Positions 58,467 through 64,000 of a stretch of DNA of 64,000 bases are shown piece after piece. A program made the translations under genes and the position numbers. Under the pieces are notes generated by a model. It did no database searches, was not told the origin of the DNA, and saw only the letters and a program-made list of their open reading frames with translations. Positions within the stretch are counted from its first letter, which is position 1. Each line of letters starts with the position of its first letter. Source of the DNA: Candidatus Krumholzibacteriia bacterium (GTDB taxonomy: Bacteria > Krumholzibacteriota > Krumholzibacteriia > LZORAL124-64-63); contig JAYRFB010000199.1 of assembly GCA_041908585.1 (NCBI GenBank), positions 88 to 64,087 of the forward strand. Direction: 5' to 3'.

Positions 58467-59596
58467 CAGGTCGCCTCCAGCGCGGCCTGGCCGCCCGGGC
58501 CATCCGGGTAGCGGTGGACGTGTCCCTCGTAGTTGCGCAGCAGCACGTCCGTGCCGTCGCGGCCGACCAGGTAATCCGGCTGCAGCGGGATCTTGCCGCC
58601 GCCGCCGGGCGCGTCGATGACGTAGGTCGGCACTGCGTACCCGGTGGTGAAGCCGCGCAGCCCGCGGATGATCTCCAGCCCCTTCTGCACCGTGGTGCGG
58701 AAGTGGGCCGAGCCCGAGATCGGGTCGCACTGGTACAGGTAGTACGGCCGCACCCGCATCATGAGCAGCGAGTGGACCAGGGATTTCATCACCGCCACGT
58801 CGTCGTTCACGCCCTTGAGCAGCACGGTCTGGCTGCCGAGCGGGATCCCGGCATCGGCCAGGCGGCGGCAGGCGGCGGCCGCCTCGGGCGTGCACTCGGC
58901 CGGGTGCAGGAAGTGCAGGCTCAGCCACAGCGGGTGGTGCCTGCGCAGCACCTTGACCAGCGCCGGCGTGATGCGCTGCGGCAGCACGGCCGGGACCTTG
59001 GTGCCGATGCGCACGAACTGCACATGGGGGATCTTCCGCAGTTCGCCCAGCAGGTAGTCCAGGCGCTCGTCGCTGAGCGTCAGCGGGTCGCCGCCGGACA
59101 GCAGCACGTCGCGGATCTCCGGGTGGCTGCGGATGTAGTCCAGCGCCGTGTCCCAGCGCTCGCGGCCCGGGCGCAGCTCGTCCTGCCCGACCACGCGCGA
59201 GCGCGTGCAGTAGCGGCAGTACGTGGCGCAGCGGTCCAGCACCAGGAAGAGCACGCGGTCGGGATAGCGGTGCACCAGGCCGGGAACGGGGCTGTGCCCG
59301 TCCTCGTCCAGGGGATCATCCGCCTCGCCGGGCATGCGCAGGAACTCGTTCTGCACGGGCACCACCGTGCGCCGCAGCCCGCAGTCGGGCTCGAACGCGT
59401 CCAGCAGGCTCATGTAGTACGGCGTCACCGCGACCGGCAGCAGCGAGCCGCAGCGGTCGAGCGCCGCCCGCTCCTCGTCGGCCAGTTCGAGCACGCGGGC
59501 CAGCTGCTCCGTCGTCCTGAACGAATGCCGGAGCTGCCATTTCCAGTCGTGCCAGTCGGCGTCCTTCACGTCCGGGAAGTGCGCGCGACGGAACAT
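58463..59596 (-). CDS. kamA: KamA-family radical SAM lysine 2,3-aminomutase
   Basis: Motifs: WHDWKWQLRH, LPVAVTPYYMSLLD, the CX3CX2C motif in CATYCRYCTRS, LLSGGDPL, and YYLYQCDPISGSAHFRT. The start at MFRRAHF is chosen from the GC3 drop upstream; ATG 59833 is an alternative. Confidence 0.85.
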   Translation of the reverse strand: MFRRAHFPDVKDADWHDWKWQLRHSFRTTEQLARVLELADEERAALDRCGSLLPVAVTPYYMSLLDAFEPDCGLRRTVVPVQNEFLRMPGEADDPLDEDGHSPVPGLVHRYPDRVLFLVLDRCATYCRYCTRSRVVGQDELRPGRERWDTALDYIRSHPEIRDVLLSGGDPLTLSDERLDYLLGELRKIPHVQFVRIGTKVPAVLPQRITPALVKVLRRHHPLWLSLHFLHPAECTPEAAAACRRLADAGIPLGSQTVLLKGVNDDVAVMKSLVHSLLMMRVRPYYLYQCDPISGSAHFRTTVQKGLEIIRGLRGFTTGYAVPTYVIDAPGGGGKIPLQPDYLVGRDGTDVLLRNYEGHVHRYPDGPGGQAALEATW

Positions 59597-59925
59597 GCGC
59601 GTGCGCGGACCGGTGCGGGGCAGCCGCCTGGCCAGGAGGTGTTCGAGCTGGATCGGAAGTGCGGGGATATTGGCTGACGCCGCGGAGGGATCGGGTTCGG
59701 CAACAAGCGACGGAGGGTCGTCGGGAGAGGCTCCCGCATCGACCTCCTGCAGGTTCCGGCCCGGCCCGGCCAGGGAGTCCAGGCGAGCGCTGAGTCGTGT
59801 CAAGGTCCGCCTCCGTGAGGACTGACCGTGATGCATGACCGGAGGGGGCTGGCGCCGCCGCCGGAACGTCGCCTGCGCCGGCGGGAGCCGGGCGGTGCCC
59901 TCCAGGGTCACATGACGACGCGCAG

Positions 59926-59953
59926 AAAATATGGCAAGTGGAACAAGTGTCAA
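59926..59953 (-). promoter_or_regulatory. Near-consensus sigma70 promoter upstream of the kamA operon
   Basis: On the minus strand: TTGACA (59953-59948), a 16-nt spacer, then TATTTT (59931-59926). Confidence 0.45.
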
Positions 59954-60011
59954 CCGCAATCGCCCGGATTCGTCGAAAATTCCCTCGCCAGGCGGACGAC
60001 GGTCGCTCCGT

Positions 60012-61079
60012 TCAGACGTGATTGCGGAGCATCAACTCGCGCGGGTGGGGGTTCAGGTAGACCTGGTCGCGGACGTAGGGGACCTCCAGCAGCTCGACGT
60101 AGTGGCGCAGCAGGGTCACCGGCACCACCAGCGGCACCAGGCCGTGGGCGTAGTCCTCGATCACGGCCAGCACCCGCTTCTGCTCGGCGTCCGTGACCCG
60201 CCCGCGCAGGTGTCCGGCGACATGCTGCAGCGCGTTGGCGTGCCGCCGGGGGGTGGCCAGCACGCCCAGCGCCTCCATGTAGAGGCCCAGGTAGCGGTCG
60301 CGGAACGCCGCCGGCGGCTCCTGGGCGATGCGGGCCACCAGGCGGCCCAGCTCCTGGTAGTGGCGCGGGCTGTGGGCCATCAGCAGGTACTTCTCGCGGC
60401 TGTGGAAGGCGACGATGCCGCCCCGCGCCCAGCGACCGGCGAACGCGTCCTTCACCCGGCGCCAGGCGAACAGGCGCTCGACGAAGTTCTCGCGCAGGCG
60501 GGCGTCCTCCAGCCGGCCCTCCTCCTCGACCGGCACGAGCGGGCAGGCGGCGGCGAAGGCCGCCGCGAACAGGCCCCGCCCGCCGCGCGCAGGCATCCCC
60601 TTGTCCGGGTAGACCTTCACCCGGAAGAGCCCGCAGCTGGGCGAGTTCTTCTTGAAGACGAAGCCGTCGAGGTCCTCGGCCGCCAGTTCGCGGACGCGGC
60701 GCCGGGACCAGGCGTTCATCGGCGCCGTCCAGTCGACACCCGAGCGCGGGGCCACCATCCGCGGGCTGTCCGCGTCGCCCTCCAGGCGGACCGACTCGCG
60801 GGGGATCGACATGCCCACCTCGACCTCGGGGCAGACCGGGACCAGCTCGCAGTACTGGGCGAGCGTGCCGGTCAGCCAGCGGTCGTGCTTGTGGCCACCG
60901 TCGAAGCGGACCTCCTGGCCGAGCAGGCAGGCGCTCACGCCGATGCGCAGCGGCGGCAACGGGTCGCCCGGCGAACGGTCGCGGGGCGGGAGGGGCGGGA
61001 CGGCGGGCATGCCTGTGCGGGGCACGAGGCCTCCGGGGTCGGGATCGGGCGTGGATACGGACTGGCGTTCGCGCGTCAT
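60012..61079 (-). CDS. DUF523-DUF1722 (YbgA-like) two-domain protein
   Basis: RIGVSACLLGQEVRFDGGHK...FKKNSPSCG matches DUF523. FHSREKYLLMAHSPRHYQELGRLV...HVAGHLRG matches DUF1722. The start could be ATG 61079 or ATG 61010. Confidence 0.8.
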   Translation of the reverse strand: MTRERQSVSTPDPDPGGLVPRTGMPAVPPLPPRDRSPGDPLPPLRIGVSACLLGQEVRFDGGHKHDRWLTGTLAQYCELVPVCPEVEVGMSIPRESVRLEGDADSPRMVAPRSGVDWTAPMNAWSRRRVRELAAEDLDGFVFKKNSPSCGLFRVKVYPDKGMPARGGRGLFAAAFAAACPLVPVEEEGRLEDARLRENFVERLFAWRRVKDAFAGRWARGGIVAFHSREKYLLMAHSPRHYQELGRLVARIAQEPPAAFRDRYLGLYMEALGVLATPRRHANALQHVAGHLRGRVTDAEQKRVLAVIEDYAHGLVPLVVPVTLLRHYVELLEVPYVRDQVYLNPHPRELMLRNHV

Positions 61080-61130
61080 TGATAGCAGGATTGGGCCAAG
61101 CGATCCAGAGCCGACGAACGGGGAACCGCG

Positions 61131-61751
61131 ATGGCGCCGAAACCCAGATCCCAGCCCCCTGCCCGACGCCGACCGGGGGCCGCCCCGAAGCCGACTGTGC
61201 GGCCGGCCGGCGGGTCCGCGCCGTCGCGCCCTGCGTCGACGCCGCCTTCGGCACCGCCGTCGCCTCCTCCGAGGCCGGACCCGTCGCGCGAGGATTTCTC
61301 GATCACCAGCTGCGAGTGCGACGACTGCCGCGCCGCCTGCCGCACCGCGCCGGGCTGGTTCACGCCCCAGCAGATCCCCCGGCTGGCGCGGCACCTCGAC
61401 CTGTCGATCGACGAGACGTTCCGCCGCTACCTGGCGATCGGCGTCACGCACCTGGCCGACGGCACCCGGCGGCTGGGCGTGATGCCCCACAAGCTGCGGG
61501 ACGGCAAGAAGCCGGGCAGCCGCTGGACGCTGGCGGAGATCGCCGCGCCCGGCCGGTGCGTCTTCTACGACCGCGGCCGCTGTACGATCTACCCGGCCCG
61601 GCCCGACGAGTGCGCCCGGATGATGCATGACCGCGGCGATCGCACGTTGCGGATCCGGCGACGCATCGTCGAGAAGTGGACCGAGGCGGCGCTGGCGCCG
61701 TTCCTGGCGCTGGTCGCGGGCGCGGGGGGAAAGCGACCGCGGCGGCCCTGA
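61131..61751 (+). CDS. YkgJ-family (UPF0153) cysteine-cluster protein with a Pro-rich N-terminal region
   Basis: Motifs CECDDCRAACR and GRCVFYDRGRCTIYPARPDEC are present. The N-terminal roughly 55 aa are low-complexity, so the true start is uncertain. Confidence 0.6.
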   Translation: MAPKPRSQPPARRRPGAAPKPTVRPAGGSAPSRPASTPPSAPPSPPPRPDPSREDFSITSCECDDCRAACRTAPGWFTPQQIPRLARHLDLSIDETFRRYLAIGVTHLADGTRRLGVMPHKLRDGKKPGSRWTLAEIAAPGRCVFYDRGRCTIYPARPDECARMMHDRGDRTLRIRRRIVEKWTEAALAPFLALVAGAGGKRPRRP

Positions 61752-61791
61752 CAGCCCGGGGCGATTTCGGTATCAGAAAACAAGACTAACA

Positions 61792-61800
61792 TGCTATGAT
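61792..61800 (+). promoter_or_regulatory. Extended -10 element TGcTATGAT
   Basis: It lies in an AT-rich island 52 nt before ATG 61852. Confidence 0.3.
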
Positions 61801-61851
61801 TTCGTGTCCGTTCACCTTCCGGTCATTTCCCTGAACCGAGGAGTCCGGACC

Positions 61852-63132
61852 ATGCCCCGCACGACCCCTGATCCCCGTCGCCTCGCCCGCCTGCTGCCGG
61901 TACTCGCGGCGTTGTCCTGCGCCGGTCCGTCCGCGGCGCGGACCTTCACCTTCCCGCATATCATCGACCACCACGGTCGCGTCTCGAACACGCAGTTCAC
62001 CTTCGACACGTCGATGTTCATCACGTACACGGGTGCCGTGGCGTGCGTGGACGGAAGCCTCACCGACCAGCTGGTGCACGTGTACCTGTTCGATGACGAG
62101 GGCCGTCCCCTGACCAGCCTGACCGGCGACGACATCTGTGCTCCCTGTTCGGTCACCATCGGGGCCACCGATCGCTCGGCCAGCCTGAGCGTCGAGGCCG
62201 CGGCCGAGGCTGCCGGAGGCATGCCCAGCGTGCTCAGCGGCTTCGCGGTCGTGGTCGTCGAGGGCGACGATACGCCGAACGTCAACATCCAGGGCTACGT
62301 CGTCAATTCCCACACGAATGCCTTCGACCTGTCGGTGTTCGGATTCACGCCGGAGGAGGTCCGGGCGCCCGGCAACAAGACCGGCGCCTCCTTCCCCTGC
62401 GGCCGTGTGTTCAGCGTCGGGCGCATGCTGGCCACGCCCGGCGCCCCGTCCGACGCCCCGTACACCTTCGACACGACGATGTTCTTTTCCTACGCAGCCG
62501 GGCTGGCCGGCGAGCCCCCGGGGCCCGGCGCCACGGTCGAGACCTACCTCTTCGACGAGGCCACCGGCGAGTTGCTGGTCGATGCGATCGGCACGCCCGT
62601 CTGCAATCCCTGCGTGACCCCGCTGAGCCAGGCGGCGCCGAAGGCCTCCCTGCACCTGGGCGCCTTGCTGCCCGGCGGCGGCATCGTCTCGGCGGCGGTA
62701 TCGGCCGTCTGCGTGGTGAGCGGCGATGCGGGAAGCGTTGCGGCACAGGCATTCGTCGTGAACCGGCACACCTCGGCGCTGGATGTGAGCATCTTCGCGC
62801 CGGCATTCCGCGAGCTCAGCCCCGCGTTCGCCTCGTCGGTTCCCGGCGAGTCGGCCTCGCGCTTCGGCCTGCGCAACTTCCCGAACCCGTTCAACCCGCG
62901 CACCACGTTCGCCTATTCGCTGTCCGCTCCCGGCAATGTCCGGATCGATATTCACGATGCCGACGGCAACCTGGTCCGCACCCTCGTGCAGGAGGGCCAG
63001 GACACGGGTGCACACGAGGTGACCTGGGACGGGCGCGCCGATAATGGCCGCCGCCTGCCGTCGGGCGTCTACTTCGGCCGGATCGAGACGCGGGAAGGGA
63101 CCGAGACTCGCAAGGTCACGCTGGTCCAGTAG
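61852..63132 (+). CDS. Secreted protein with two tandem copies of an unrecognised CxPC domain plus a C-terminal FlgD-Ig/T9SS-type domain
   Basis: GAGGAG RBS. Signal peptide LARLLPVLAALSCAGPSAA. There is an internal duplication: FTFDTSMFITY/YTFDTTMFFSY, VYLFDDEGRPL/TYLFDEATGELL, ICAPC/VCNPC and YVVNSHTNAFDLSVF/FVVNRHTSALDVSIF. The tail is FPNPFNPRTTF...VTWDGRADNGRRLPSGVYF. Confidence 0.8.
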   Translation: MPRTTPDPRRLARLLPVLAALSCAGPSAARTFTFPHIIDHHGRVSNTQFTFDTSMFITYTGAVACVDGSLTDQLVHVYLFDDEGRPLTSLTGDDICAPCSVTIGATDRSASLSVEAAAEAAGGMPSVLSGFAVVVVEGDDTPNVNIQGYVVNSHTNAFDLSVFGFTPEEVRAPGNKTGASFPCGRVFSVGRMLATPGAPSDAPYTFDTTMFFSYAAGLAGEPPGPGATVETYLFDEATGELLVDAIGTPVCNPCVTPLSQAAPKASLHLGALLPGGGIVSAAVSAVCVVSGDAGSVAAQAFVVNRHTSALDVSIFAPAFRELSPAFASSVPGESASRFGLRNFPNPFNPRTTFAYSLSAPGNVRIDIHDADGNLVRTLVQEGQDTGAHEVTWDGRADNGRRLPSGVYFGRIETREGTETRKVTLVQ

Positions 63133-63183
63133 GTCGGCGTCCGGCGGGCAGCCTGCGCGCGGCCCACGGAGGGACCGGATAGC

Positions 63184-63226
63184 GAACCGCCGCGCCTCCT
63201 GCGGATGGCGCGGCGGTTCCGTCTTC
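63184..63226. terminator. Hairpin terminator between convergent genes
   Basis: GAACCGCCGCGCC-(10 nt)-GGCGCGGCGGTTC forms a 13-bp stem and is followed by CGTCTTC. Confidence 0.6.
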
Positions 63227-63238
63227 GCCGACCGGGCG

Positions 63239-63679
63239 CTACGCCTTGGCCACCAGCGCCCCGCCCGCCACGATCAACGCCGCCCCGGCCAGCAGTCGCG
63301 GGACATTGACCTCGCGGCTCTCGGCGAACAGGACCAGCGCCAGCAATACCACCACCAGGGTGTTGAGGTTGTAGAGCGGCGCCAGCTTCGCCAGCGGCGC
63401 CCCGAAGCGGTCGAGGCCCAGGATCACCGCGATCATCCCGAAGCCCCAGCTCACGCCGATGGCCAGGGCGACGGCACCCGCGCGCATCGTCAACGCGCGT
63501 TCACCCAGGTACGGCATCGCAACCAGGCCGGTGGCCGCCACTCCCAACCCGACCAGCGGCAGGTACCAGCCCGTGCCGCCGCCGGCGCGGCCGTAGAACT
63601 TCTGCAGCGTGCCGGTGATGCCGAACAGAAGGGCGGGCAGCACGCCGCCGACGAGCAGGCCTTTCCAGGCGGTGGGCAC
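63239..63679 (-). CDS. Small DMT-superfamily (EamA-like) membrane protein
   Basis: GGAGG lies 6 nt upstream of GTG 63679. There are five hydrophobic helices and the protein ends LLAGAALIVAGGALVAKA. Confidence 0.65.
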   Translation of the reverse strand: MPTAWKGLLVGGVLPALLFGITGTLQKFYGRAGGGTGWYLPLVGLGVAATGLVAMPYLGERALTMRAGAVALAIGVSWGFGMIAVILGLDRFGAPLAKLAPLYNLNTLVVVLLALVLFAESREVNVPRLLAGAALIVAGGALVAKA

Positions 63680-63846
63680 GGGCAGCCTCCGGGGTGGCGG
63701 GGAGCGGTGGCGGCTTGTCACTTGCCGCTTGCCGAAAGCGACTTGCACGCCGCAAAGGGCGCCGGCGCCGGTCGCGAGCTCCCAGCGTCACGACCAGCGC
63801 CGCTCCACGATCGCCCCGGAACGGCGGCCCGTCAATTGTCCGGCAG

Positions 63847-63881
63847 GACCGGCGTCGACCAGCCTCGACCGGCGTCGACCA
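63847..63881 (+). promoter_or_regulatory. Two exact 15-nt direct repeats (GACCGGCGTCGACCA) with 20-nt periodicity, overlapping the -35 region
   Basis: Copies lie at 63847-63861 and 63867-63881, directly upstream of the TGcTACAAT element. Confidence 0.4.
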
Positions 63882-63893
63882 AGGCGCGAACCG

Positions 63894-63902
63894 TGCTACA
63901 AT
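63894..63902 (+). promoter_or_regulatory. Extended -10 element TGcTACAAT
   Basis: It lies 46 nt before ATG 63948. A TCGACC -35-like hexamer sits 16 nt upstream. Confidence 0.4.
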
Positions 63903-63947
63903 GGGCGCCGATACAGGCTGCCGCCCGCCAACCCGGAGGGGATCCCC

Positions 63948-64000
63948 ATGACCCGCATGTCCCGCATCGTCCTGGTCGTCCTGCTGGCCCTGGTGCCCGT
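63948..64000 (+). CDS. 5' end of a gene encoding a secreted or membrane protein (runs off the window)
   Basis: A GGAGGGG RBS precedes MTRMSRIVLVVLLALVP..., which is signal-peptide-like. Confidence 0.4.
   Translation, partial: MTRMSRIVLVVLLALVP

Noticed and set aside
59597-59959. A lysine riboswitch (L-box) upstream of kamA, and the long ORF-track N-terminal extension of kamA.
   Set aside because: I could not find the conserved L-box core motifs by eye. The extension has visibly lower third-position G/C than the gene body and is Ser/Arg/Pro-rich. It is kept only as an alternative start or leader in the findings.

Overview
This is a very GC-rich, densely coding bacterial chromosomal segment. 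In the stretches I counted by hand, G/C occupies about 90% of third codon positions. I recognised no rRNA, tRNA, CRISPR array, transposase, integrase or phage genes. About 55 protein genes are supportable. Start coordinates are my own choice of start codon inside the supplied ORFs, using RBS, signal peptides and paralogue N-termini.

Gene content:
- An unusually long pyruvate:ferredoxin oxidoreductase.
- Two hybrid sensor kinases.
- A DEAD-box helicase.
- A co-directional run of gamma-glutamyltransferase, a NapH-like polyferredoxin and two degenerate HMA-fold proteins.
- A DtxR-type repressor, FeoB and a putative outer-membrane barrel.
- A DUF438/hemerythrin/PAS protein plus a DUF1858-DUF2249 protein.
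- A TolC-MFP-RND efflux operon.
- A 1605-aa gingipain-like (C25) FG-GAP protein.
- A large TIGR03960-like radical SAM protein.
- A fatty-acid desaturase, an RRM RNA-binding protein and a secreted cupredoxin.
- An S46 peptidase, an Old Yellow Enzyme and a CaCA (YrbG-like) antiporter.

Three secreted proteins share a roughly 90-aa C-terminal NPFNP...WDG...GVYF domain of the FlgD-Ig / T9SS-sorting type. Together with the PD40, S46, C25 and GGT genes, this suggests an uncultured proteolytic organism of the FCB group or Gemmatimonadota. That is inference only.

Most interesting observations:
1. A thioredoxin-fold lipoprotein gene is split by the ORF track at an in-frame TGA. The TGA sits exactly at the first position of a U/C-x-x-C redox motif and is followed by a hairpin at SECIS distance, so this is a probable selenoprotein. 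Its start overlaps the stop of an upstream ATP-grasp ligase gene.
2. A tightly coupled operon encodes a KamA-type lysine 2,3-aminomutase, two Ddl-like ATP-grasp ligases and a GNAT. I propose it is an uncharacterised pathway for an acetylated beta-lysine peptide or solute.
3. The YrbG-like antiporter is cut precisely between its two halves by an in-frame TAG.
4. The polyferredoxin/HMA-like module has non-canonical metal sites.
5. A secreted protein is built from two copies of an unrecognised CxPC domain.

All family assignments come from motif recognition by eye. No database search was possible.
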